DNA of 64,000 nucleotides from Nemertoderma westbladi. Taxonomy: Eukaryota; Animalia; Xenacoelomorpha. The stretch is taken from assembly GCA_032718475.1 (NCBI GenBank), contig JAUCBJ010007556.1:1-64000 (forward strand). The letters run 5' to 3'. Under the pieces are notes generated by a model. That model was not told the DNA's origin. It worked only from the letters and a program-made list of their open reading frames with translations, and made no database searches. Position 1 is the stretch's first letter, and every line of letters starts with the position of its first letter. Shown here piece by piece: positions 52,742-63,705 of the stretch. Position numbers and translations under genes: made by a program.

Positions 52742-54192
52742 ATATGAGATAAAATGTGAGTGTTTGACATATGCAATGTAGAGTTTGGATTTGGTAGAGT
52801 TTGGAAAATGCAAATTATTGATCCAAACTCGACCATATTCATGTCCAAACTCAACATTCTGCAGTTAAGCAGTTCGAAACTCTACCATCTTAATTGCCAA
52901 ACTCTTACAAATTATCACTGTTGTAAGCAGTGTGATATTGAGAGGGAAGTTTAAATTTGAAACTGAATTCTAAAACTTTAATCATTATTTTTAATAATTT
53001 ATGCTGACTGCTGAAACATTCTATAGTCAGTCTGTATGTAGCAGGGTTAAGTAATTTATAATCTACTTTAAACAAAATTATAAATTAATAGTTACTGTTG
53101 AATAGAGCCGGTTTGTCTATCGACCAGTTCAGACTGAAGTAGTTTCTGTTTTAAAGAGTTTCAGTTTGGCTTACTGCCAGATCGCTCACCCATGGTTGTA
53201 TTCCCCGGCTTAATGAGTCTTGAGGATTCTCGGAATTTATCAACTTTGATGTGATTTATTTAACAATAAATGATGATAAATCATCCATATTTACAAGGAC
53301 CAAACTCGACACAAAATTGTAGAGTTTGGAAAAGGAATCCAAACCCTACACCAGGAAAAGTAGAGTTTGACTGCAATTTTACGTTTTCTGCCCATAATTT
53401 CTTAGCTTTTGAATATCTTTATGTTTTATTGTCAGATTCGCAATCAGTGGAAAAAATGCAATCGAATGATATATACTTCTACCACTTTCCCCGACAGACA
53501 CTTTTCACAGACACTTACATTGAGTAAGGTTAACATCATCACTCATAACTTTAGAATTACATATCTATTAACAAACAGTTTAAAGTTTTGGAATCCTCAT
53601 AAAAGTCCGCACCAAGTGGGATTAAACTAAAATTGTTTAGAATTAGCCAACCCACCCCCCCCCCCCCCCCCCCCCACCCCTTACTTTTCAAAGCGCTTTT
53701 TTTCAATCTTATAACCTCTACAGATACTAATTACATACAAACTGTTCAAATCAACATTAATGAGATATGCAGCAATATAGGCATTTCCACTAAAAACAAG
53801 ACTTCCAATTACTTCATAGTCTCATTCGAACACAATGATTGACTTAGTGGGTATAGACACACGTAATCAATATTAGCAGTTTTAGCCATATTAGCATTTT
53901 GAGCAACAAATAACAGATCAGTTGTTTAGGTTTGGAGAATGAGCGTTTTTTGAGTTATGAGTCAATTTACAATGTTATTATATTTAAAATTACTATCGAC
54001 CAACCCCCCTCCTAATAGAGGCATTACAAAGACGTTGCCTTTTACGTGGCTCGCCCCAGACTTGAATCATTGGGAATAAGTTCGCATGAAGTCTCAATTG
54101 GAAATAAGTAAGGGAACCGTATATTAGTACCGGTGGTATGGGTATACAGTATAATAATATCATCGAATATATAGCAGTATAAGGATGAAACG

Positions 54193-54857
54193 TTATTGGT
54201 TGGACGACTGCTGGGAAGATTGCTGCTGCAGCTGATGGGAACATACGAGCAACGCATCGTGGATATCCCGAGCGCTGTTTATCTGAGTCTTTATAAGGGA
54301 GAGATAGTGGGAGTAGGATTGCGTGGCCTCCTGCGGGGGTTGTCCAGGACTCTGGTCCGGGTTAGGGGTGGGGCGTCCCCATACTCATGGGATGAGGGGA
54401 CGTTAAGGGGCGTGTTACGTGAGCTGTCCGCCCCCTGCGAGATGCATTCGTAGGCGAGTCGCAGGTTGAGATCGGCCTGGTCGCAGACCGAGTAGAACTC
54501 CTCCAATGCGCGATCGACCCTCGGGGCGTTACTCTCCAGCCCAACGAATTGGTTCACGTCGATCTGGGCGTTCTGGCTGAAGTTCAACCCCGCGACTTTC
54601 AGTAGATTCGTGACGCTTTCTTTGAGTCGCGGAATGATCGCCTTAAACTCGTCAATGGGATCGGTTCGCGCGACACCGCTGGGAATCGCCACGCCTATTT
54701 GTTCCGAAATCGGACCTGGTGGATGTTGTTGTTGCTGGGGAGATGGCATGGGTTGTTGCATGTGTTGTTGTTGCTGGAAGTGTTGCATTCCAGCCAGCAT
54801 AGCCGGAGATTGGCCTCCGCTAAGGTGCTGCGGAGTCTGGGGACTGGCGTAGGCCAT
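54193..54857 (-). CDS. MED29: Mediator subunit 29 (intersex ortholog); one apparent frameshift at ~54320-54385
   Basis: DPIDEFKAIIPRLKESV.NLLKVA..N..QN..ID and RVDRALEEFYSVCDQ..LNLRLAYECISQ match MED29. The conserved last helix QSYSHYLSLIKTQINSARDIHDALL is in the -1 frame, ending at TAA 54193-54195. Confidence 0.9.
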
Positions 54858-55339
54858 AATTATGTAGGCCTATGAGACAGCTGGGCGTGGGTGAATTCAG
54901 ACAGATAGGTGACGGTCCCGGTGAGGTACAGCTGTACAGAGACTGACGGTGAATTTAGCTGACACACTACCGATTAACGAGTATACCGACCTGCCGACTG
55001 AGCGACACATTAAGCAAGGTGCCAACTTTTCATTTAGGGCTACTCATCTCACGTGGCGTGGGTTAAACTGAACTCAGTATTCGTATGCATACGATAGCTA
55101 TCGTATTTGCCTATCCCTATCGTATTTGAGTCAATCGTATTTGAGTCAACCGTACAGCCGTATAGCCTACAGATATCTGCGCTGCACTTGTTACAGCCTA
55201 CTACTGTACTAAGTAGTACTACTGTAGCTTCTTGTACTTGGTTATTATTGGTTCATTTATCCTTCCTTGCCTTACAGCCTTAACTTTACCAGCTTACTGC
55301 ATACTGTAATACAGGTTAACATTAATTAATCATTGAAAT

Positions 55340-56860
55340 TGTTGTGTCCTCTACGGTAGGGGACTACCCTACAGCCTACAAATCTACTAATACGAAGCTA
55401 TAGAATATCTCTATCCGTAAAGTCCAGTAGTATACCGCTTACCAGATCCTAGTAACGATGTATCTTACTAGTAACTTGCCGCGGTGTGATTTATATGGTT
55501 TATATACGAGCTAGGTGGGTTACAGACCTAGCGTAACAATACTGATCTCCCTGTCTGAATCAGCCTAAAAGGGGTCGTGCCTAAATGTAACAATAACTGA
55601 TCCCCCTGTACGAAATCAGTCTAAGAAGGGTCGGGCCTAATGTAACAATAACTGATGCTCTAGGCAAACAACAGTTTAATAACGAAAATGAAATACTCCC
55701 TCTTGCCGTAACTAAATATCAGATCCTAATTTTACAAATACCGAAAGTACGATAAATATATTCTGCCTAAAGTGATCTAAAGTGCGCTATAACTAGTAGA
55801 ATTCTAAGGGTAAATATGTTTTAGGGCGTGTGTGTGTGTGTGTGGGTGTGTTACAATAAAACAATTTTGGTGTATATCATTTCACTAGGGTTTAGTGATT
55901 TTCTGACCGAAATAATACCATGCAGCCGTGCGCTAGCTACTAAAATAAGCTAGTCGCGTTTGTAGAACTTTATACTTACAAATGACGTCAAAGCTCTCTC
56001 CTTCCTATCCACAACTCAACTGGGCAACCACGGTGTTAGTAACTACACCCGTGATCGGCACAAATACCAGATTCTGGTTGTAAGATAAGAAATAGGGGTT
56101 AATTGCTACCGTACGTTAGCTGATCTGGTATACAAATTTGATTCTAGAACTTTGTTGCTGCGGTAGTTAGCAGCAATACCTATCAGTACGTGGCAGCGTG
56201 GCAAGGCGTGGTAGGATATTAATAAAACCTCCCTAGGCCAAGCCGTGTGCCTGTAGCAGTAATACTCCTTGCCTGATCAAATAACCAACTTCAGGCAGGG
56301 GGGGGGGGGGGGGGGGGGCGGTGGGTACTAATGTATATTCTACAGAGCGAACCGGTACCAAACGGTCAGTACTGCGAATCACTAAATTATGAAACATATG
56401 CTGTCTGTACCTAATATGTACTCGCGTACTGACGGACGGCAATAATTCGCACCTGTGAGGTATACAGGTAACCCAGGGATTCACACTACTGACAAGGGGG
56501 GGGGGGGGGGGGGGGGGGGTTCTGCCTAAAATATAGTTATTTGATCCTAAATTTGCGGCGTCCCAGGACGGCGTCACGCTTACCCTGATCTATAGGTCTT
56601 ACGTCGGGCAAGGGCGTCAAACAAAGTCTTACCTTCCTCATAAAGCGGGCGCTGCATGGCAAGTGGAGTATCTCGAAGGGCGAAGGGGGTGCGCGGTCTA
56701 AGCTAATGTGGGCGCTAGCGTGTTGTGGACATCCTTTCCCTGCGTTGCTGACGGCCTAACGGTCTAGGCGGCCATCTTCCCGATGCTTGTTTGTCCCAAA
56801 GTTGGACGTTCAGAAAAGTACATGTTCAGAAGTTGATAGTATATTTACAGTTTACAAAAC
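55340..56860 (-). repeat. Long direct repeat copy 1 (LTR-like, truncated on its right side)
   Basis: Begins TGTTGTGTCCTCTACGG and is highly similar to 59295-61054, apart from a 280-bp indel and G-run lengths. Confidence 0.9.
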
Positions 56861-58152
56861 GAGTTCGAGTTTAGTTCGAACTGGAGCTGCATCTCCCTTT
56901 CGCGTTGATCTGTTTCCTGTTGTTGTACCGCTAACTCCGCTTCCTGTATAGCTAAACGAGTGTTTATTTGTCGCGCTTCCAACTTGACACGAGCGTCGGA
57001 TGCTGCTTTCTTCCGTGCTAACTCAGCTGCGTTTACCGCCGCAACTCGCGCTAGCTCGTCAGCCGCTGCCTGTCATACTAACTCGTCAGCTGCTGCCGCC
57101 TGTCGTGCTAACTCGTCAGCTGCTGCCGCCGCGGCCGCTTCTCGCGCTAAGTCCTCCTCCAGTCTCCGCATCTCTGATGCTTTGAACTCAGCCTGCGCTT
57201 GAAGTTTCGCAAGTTTCGCTACATCCTCTCTGCGCTGTCTTTCTCCTTCGATGGCGATATGCGCCATCTGCCGTTGCGCTTCTTCCTTGACGACTTGTTG
57301 TCGGCGTGCGACCTCATGTTGTTGTCGAGTAATTACAGACGCTGTTCTACTAACGTCGCCAACGTCGCTCCGCACACTAACGAACGATCTATCCAGTGGT
57401 GGATTTTGGTAGGCTCGCGAGCCTTCCGTAGTAAGAACTTCCGTCGTCCCTTGCGGTTCGACTTCCGGTTCTTCGATCGGTACGCCGTTTCTACGAAGAA
57501 AATTGGTGAGCGTCCCTAACCTCCCGTCCAGGCAGTATAGTTCTTCTTCCTCTTCGGGTTGTAACAACGCGTCCGAAACTGACTCACCTAGCAGTTGGTC
57601 TAACTGCTCCTGTTGAGCCGATCTTATTTCTGACTTAAACTGGATAATGCTTTCTCTCGCACTTACCAATTTATCTATTATCTTTACCTGAGTAAAGTTG
57701 TCTCCACGCAACTCTGCAAGTTCGTGTAAACCTTTCAGTTTATCTACGGAGGCATGTACCCTACTTTCTATCCTTACCTGTAAGGTGTAGAACTCGTATC
57801 TCGACATCGGGGTGGTTAACTCGCTTAAAACGCGAAAACCTTCTCCGAGGTTTCGAGTAATCTGGGCCATGTGTCCTCCTATACTTCTAATGACATTTTC
57901 TTGGCTTCCCGCCAAGCTTACCATGTCTGGTTCCCGTGACCTAGTCTGCGGGACTGCAAGGAAATCCTCGATCCTGCCGTCGCCACGCATTGCGGCTTCC
58001 GGTATTTCCGTTTGGGGTACCGGCGACGCACGCGGTGTGACATCGGTGGAATCTCGGGTTCTCCTTCTCGGTTCGTCTACTGTCGATCTGTCCGGGTCGC
58101 ACGAGTCATAGTCGGTAGGGGGGTATCGAGTCAAATGCGGTGTGTCACTCAT
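56861..58152 (-). pseudogene. Truncated gag-like ORF of the LTR-like element (coiled-coil, Ala/Gln/Glu-rich), premature TGA at 57073-57075
   Basis: The frame stays open past the stop (QAAADELARVAAVNAAELARKKAASDARVKLEARQINTRLAIQEAELAVQQ...) up to the junction with repeat copy 1. GTA TGA aligns with GCA CGA in the adjacent internal repeat. The gag assignment rests on position and composition only. Confidence 0.55.
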
Positions 58153-59114
58153 GTCTTATTATATACGTCAAGTACGGGTAATAAAATGTCAAAGTATCTG
58201 AATGTTGAAATGTCAAACTTACCTTGGCATATATAGTGCATATATACCCTAACCGGTACAAATAAATCAACAAAGTCAGAATGTCGAAATGTCAAAATGT
58301 CGAAATGTCCAAATGTCAAACTTACCTTGATATATATATATCATATATATACCCTAACCAGTACAAATAAAACTAACAAAGTATATAATAAAATATGTAA
58401 TAATCTAGCCTACCAGCTAAATTTGTACGAATAAATGAGATAACGGTATACGTTACCAAAATGTAGATCAACAAGTACAAATAATAGGCAAAACAGCAAC
58501 GTCTAATGGGAAAATAAGTACCAATAACACTACTAATTAGACAGTGAAACCCACAAATTTTGAGTACTACTGTGCTTTCTTAAGTTTGAACGACACGAGT
58601 CATAAAACTTACGCTCCTTTGATCTTCCAGTCGTGCAAATTCCCAAATACAAACCGGACGTGGGTCTTTCGGTTTTTCGGTGGCGCGGACGAATTTTTTG
58701 TCTCCCAAACTTTGCGAAAAGCGGTCTAATCCTCGAAGCGGTCCAGAAATGAGTCCTTGAGTCCTGAAAAGTTGAAGGTGAGAGTTTTACTTCTACTCTA
58801 CGAAAATCTTCCTAGGTAACGATACAACTTGGTCTTTAAACCCTATGTACCTTTTCAAGTACCGAAAATAACACCGCACACACACGGCGTAAAACAAAAT
58901 GCTACAAACTAACTATTAGCTAGTCAAATATTAAATACAAAAGTACTAGCTACCCTAAAAGCCTACTGAAGCAGGGGACGTTCTACAAATTACTAAATTT
59001 TACTAACCTTAAGATTTTAAATATCTCCTACTTACAATAGCTAACAATATATATTTATTTATATCTCACTTTAAAATGCGCACGCACCTTCAGTTAAGAT
59101 ATTTAATAAAATGT

Positions 59115-59301
59115 ATACCTCACTGTTGTGAGGTAAACAAACATATACCACTGCAAAGTATATCTCTCACTTTCGTAAGAAAAATATACCTCACTGTTGT
59201 GAGGGATCAATACTATACACTAATTTGTATAATATATACCTCACTGTTGTGAGGGATCAATACTATACACTAATTTGTATAATATATACCTCACTGTTGT
59301 G
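59115..59301. repeat. Four copies of TATACCTCACTGTTGTG(AGG) hairpin motif, including two 50-bp tandem units
   Basis: Copies at ~59113, 59185, 59235 and 59285. CCTCAC-TGTT-GTGAGG is a stem-loop, and the last copy overlaps the start of long repeat copy 2. Confidence 0.85.
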
Positions 59302-61054
59302 TCCTCTACGGTAGGGACTACCCTACAGCCTACAAATCTACTAATACGAAGCTATAGAATATCTCTATCCGTAAAGTCCAGTAGTATACCGCTTACCAGA
59401 TCCTAGTAACGATGTATCTTACTGTAAGACTCTAGTAATGAAACGGGCTCGTACAGTATCTGACAACAAATCCCGGTCCAGGATATCTAAACAAACAGAT
59501 ACAATACACAAACTACTACTGGCGAGGAGCAGAGCCTGGTGTCTATTCTATGTACGTGAGCGGGTCTAATGCCTACGAACTAGACAAAAGGATACCTGTC
59601 CTCTAACCGGTATGGCAGATGTACAGTTACAGTAACAGACCAAACTCACGGGAAAACAATCCCCGCGCAGCGAATCCTAACTATCGCTGACAGTCCTAAA
59701 TACAGTAACTTGCCGCGGTGTGATTTATATGGTTTATATACGAGCTAGGTGGGTTACAGACCTAGCGTAACAATACTGATCTCCCTGTCTGAATCAGCCT
59801 AAAAGGGGTCGTGCCTAAATGTAACAATAACTGATCCCCCTGTACAATATCAGTCTAAGAAGGGTCGGGCCTAATGTAACAATAACTGATGCTCTAGGCA
59901 AACAACAGTTTAATAACGAAAATGAAATACTCCCTCTTGCCGTAACTAAATATCAGATCCTAATTTTACAAATACCGAAAGTACGATAAATATATTCTGC
60001 CTAAAGTGATCTAAAGTGCACTATAACTAGTAGAACTCTAAGGGTAAATATGTTTTAGGGCGTGTGTGTGTGGGTGTGTTACAATAAAACAATTTTGGTG
60101 TATATCATTTCACTAGGTTTTAGTGATTTTCTGACCGAAATAATACTGTGCGCTAGCTACTAAAATAAGCTAGTCGCGTTTGTAGAACTTTATACTTACA
60201 AATGACGTCAAAGCTCTCTCCTTCCTATCCACAACTCAACTGGGCAACCAGGGTGTTAGTAACTACACCCGTGATCGGCACAAATACCAGATTCTGGTAG
60301 TAAGATAAGAAATAGGGGTTAATTGCTACCGTACGTTAGCTGATCTGGTATACAAATTTAATTCTAGAACTTTGTTGCTGCGGTAGTTAGCAGCAATACC
60401 TATCAGTACGTGGCAAGGCGTGGTAGGATATTAATAAAACCTCCCTAGGCCAAGCGGTGTGCCGGTAGCAGAAATACTCCTTGCCTGATCAAATAACCAA
60501 CTTCAGGCAGGGGGGGGGGGGGGTACTAATGTATATTCTACAAAGCGAACCGGTACCAAACGGTCAGTACTGTGAATCACTAAATTATGGAACATATGTT
60601 GTCTGTACCTAATATGTACTCGCGTACTGACGGACAGCAATAATTGTGATGGTAACTGTGAGGTATACAGGTAACCCAGGGATTCACACTACTGACAAGG
60701 GGGGGGGGGGGGGTTCTGCCTAAAATATAGTTATTTGATCCTAAATTTGCGGCGTCCCAGGACGGCGTCACGCTTACCCTGATCTATAGGTCTTACGTCG
60801 GGCAAGGGCGTCAAACAAAGTCTTACCTTCCTCATAAAGCGGGCGCTGCATGGCAAGTGGAGTATCTCGAAGGGCGAAGGGGGTGCGCGGTCTAAGCTAA
60901 TGTGGGCGCTAGCGTGTTGTGGACATCCTTTCCCTGCGTTGCTGACGGCCTAACGGTCTAGGCGGCCATCTTCCCGATGCTTGTTTGTCCCAAAGTTGGA
61001 TGTTCAGAAAAGTACATGTTCAGAAGTTTATAGTATATTTACAGTTTACAAAAC
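59295..61054 (-). repeat. Long direct repeat copy 2 (LTR-like; probably extends right through a TATA/CCAAT promoter region)
   Basis: Matches 55340-56860. Shared homology ends at TTTACAAAAC. Confidence 0.9.
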
Positions 61055-61157
61055 TTTATCAAATAGAATTGCCAAATAGTTTCGACAAGAAACTAGGTAA
61101 ACTAAGGAAGGGATAAGTTAAGGTGATAACTAGTGATAACCGAAGGCAAACCAGCCC

Positions 61158-61300
61158 TTTATATACTAAATCTGGGACATAGAATCCACTAGAATTTTCT
61201 AGAGTATTCCATGGCCTCACATTGGAGCAATAAGATATTCCATGCCCTATGATTGGCCCAACTCATCGTTCCATGTGTTGTACGCACCTCATTGGTTTGT
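61158..61300 (-). promoter_or_regulatory. Candidate Pol II promoter (U3-like) of the LTR-like element
   Basis: TATATAAA on minus at 61165-61158, with three ATTGG (CCAAT on minus) boxes at ~61221, 61252 and 61291, pointing into the repeat and the gag-like ORF. Confidence 0.45.
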
Positions 61301-61344
61301 CAATTTGTATGAAATGAAAATAAATTGCCCCAAAATGCAAATTT

Positions 61345-61412
61345 CCCGACTGGGATTCGAACTCGTAACCTATGTAATGCAACCAACGCCTTAACCATCT
61401 GACCACTACGCC
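61345..61412 (-). mobile_element. tRNA-derived (SINE-like) head, not a functional tRNA
   Basis: Minus strand reads GGCGTAGTGGTCAGATGGTTAAGGCG...GAGTTCGAATCCCAGTCGG, with A and B boxes. The anticodon and T stems are degenerate. Confidence 0.55.
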
Positions 61413-62202
61413 ACGAGATTAACTAGGGGTTTTATGTGTACTGATATGAATAGGCATATTACATTACTGTAACTTAATCAAAATGCGTCGGATTTTCGAA
61501 AGTTTTTACGTTATACTACAAATGCTATCCTATAGTGAAATAATTCATCACCGCTCCATGAAAACAGTAAGTAAGACTGTTTTCACCAATCGAAATACAA
61601 ACTTATTTACAAATACTTCTAAATCTACTGGTAGGGCCTAAAATATAAAATAATCACTATCGAATTATTGCATACTTAATATTGCAGGTACGGCGTAAAT
61701 ACAATCTATCATACATACAAAATACAAATTTACCAATCAACTTTAGTGCATAAAATACAAAAAAAGGCTTTCGGTTATCAAGATAAACAAATTAAACAAA
61801 TCAGAACAAAATAAATCAAAACAAATCGAACAAATAATTTCAAATCTTTCAATAAGTTTTATATATTGTAAATATACATAATAAATTCACTAAATTAAAT
61901 CAGTCCAAATATAAAATAAACATAATGCGCTAATAATCTTTCAAATAAATCCCAAAGTGTCCTCCTGACAATCTTAAAAGTTCGTCCTGCTGGTCTGGAT
62001 ATATTCTCCTGAGCACTAATTGCTAACGGTAGGCTCGCAAGCCTTCCTTCTCTATCTCGCTCCTCCAAACCCAATTTCCAATATAAATACTCAAATATAA
62101 AGTGTCCAAATATAATATCCCAATATAAAGTGTCCAAATATAATATCCCAATATAAACATCCAAATCGGTAGGCTCGCAAGCCTTCCTTTCTTCTCGCTT
62201 TT

Positions 62203-63705
62203 CTATTCCTTGGCCGAACGGGCTCGTCCACACCCTCTAGTACGACTGGGTGGTGGTCGAGGTCGAACTGGACTCGGACTTCGGTGTCGAGTTGTCGGTG
62301 GTTCCAAAACGCTAGGAAATGGGACGACGGGAGTTTCGCACATCCATTGTGCGCTCAGTCCTCTAAATCCTCGTCCGATTCCAATCGTCGGCTTAACATC
62401 GGATCGAGTTTCTACAATGCTGGGAGGAAGTCGAAGGGGTGGGACTGTTCCGTCCGTTGACACCTCGCTCTCTGATGTCGTTTGAATCCTAATGGGTTCC
62501 GGCAAAGCGTATCCTGTCCCTCCGCGTGGTTCTCTAGCAAGGGAAACCGTGCCCCGAGTCATCCGGATTTGCGACTTCGATGTCATCCTCTCGGCGACAT
62601 TTACTACTTTCTTTATCTCTTGTCCGGCCTTTTGGGCTCTAAGTATACGAAGTTGCGGATCATCCTGTGGGTGACGCGTCTTTTGAGCTAACGGCGTGGC
62701 CTTGAAGCCAGTCTCACGCAAAACGTCGGTCTCGTCTAGAATGCACGAGGTTACTCGTTTGTGATAAAATGCGCTCCTGTATGCCCAAGCTATCGAATGC
62801 CAGGCTCCTCGATTCCGCTGTTCAACTCGCAATTTGTCGAATTCCCCGGCGGTAATCTTGTTCACCACAGTTTGAAAGTTCCAAGTATTCTTGTTGTCAG
62901 GGTGTACCTGTAGAAAGTAGTCCCGCACAACTTTAAATCCGCTATCCAGTGGCAATATATCCAGCACCTCCAAAAGTTCGTCGTATTGAGGCATAGCCGA
63001 CACGTATCCTTCCTTCGACATTATGAGAGGGTTTACGGCCCAAAATCCTAAGTGTGCTCTCATAGGGAAACGGCGTCGCTGCGTTGATACATGCTCGTCT
63101 GCTAGATTCTCCCAATGGTCGAATAGCTGTCGAACGATTTTAACTGACATATGCTCATAGGGGACGTCTCTAAGTTGACATTCGGATGCCCTATGGCCTT
63201 TAATATTACAATACGTGCACTGCGCCACGAAACGCCAGCAAGTGCAGAAAGTGTGCAAACGCTGATCCCCGCACCAGTTGCATACCAAGTCCGGTAGAGA
63301 TATGTGTTTCGCTCCGCATTTCTTTGCGTGGTGGCCAGTTGCCCCGCATCTGCCACAAATAGTGTTGGCAGGGTACCAAACTCGCTCATAGATAAGATCT
63401 CCGATGGGGCGAGCGCTATCGTCCACGTGATAATTCTCATCATCCGGGTCAGTCGGTATGTTCGTCTCCGTGGGTTGTACACAAACCATGGCATCGCTTT
63501 TCTCCAACTCGCATATTTCAGTTCGCGTCTTCCTTGGAAGGTTCTCCTCTATTTCTATGAGTTGCCGCAACGGTTCGTCTATTATCGCCAACTCGGTCGG
63601 ATCCACATCGTCGTGATGGGCGGTAGGCTCGCGAGCCTTCCAGGATCCTTCCGGGCCTTTGAATTCCGCGTGGCATTCCTCGTCATAGGGTACTAACGTT
63701 AACAT
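62203..63705 (-). CDS. 500-aa retroelement-associated protein with three CCHC zinc knuckles and an Arg/Pro/Ser-rich tail
   Basis: CGRCGATGHHAKKC, CNWCGDQRLHTFCTC and CTYCNIKGHRASEC. An overlapping upstream frame (63699 to at least 63962) may be its frameshifted N-terminus. Confidence 0.7.
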   Translation of the reverse strand: MLTLVPYDEECHAEFKGPEGSWKAREPTAHHDDVDPTELAIIDEPLRQLIEIEENLPRKTRTEICELEKSDAMVCVQPTETNIPTDPDDENYHVDDSARPIGDLIYERVWYPANTICGRCGATGHHAKKCGAKHISLPDLVCNWCGDQRLHTFCTCWRFVAQCTYCNIKGHRASECQLRDVPYEHMSVKIVRQLFDHWENLADEHVSTQRRRFPMRAHLGFWAVNPLIMSKEGYVSAMPQYDELLEVLDILPLDSGFKVVRDYFLQVHPDNKNTWNFQTVVNKITAGEFDKLRVEQRNRGAWHSIAWAYRSAFYHKRVTSCILDETDVLRETGFKATPLAQKTRHPQDDPQLRILRAQKAGQEIKKVVNVAERMTSKSQIRMTRGTVSLAREPRGGTGYALPEPIRIQTTSESEVSTDGTVPPLRLPPSIVETRSDVKPTIGIGRGFRGLSAQWMCETPVVPFPSVLEPPTTRHRSPSPVRPRPPPSRTRGCGRARSAKE

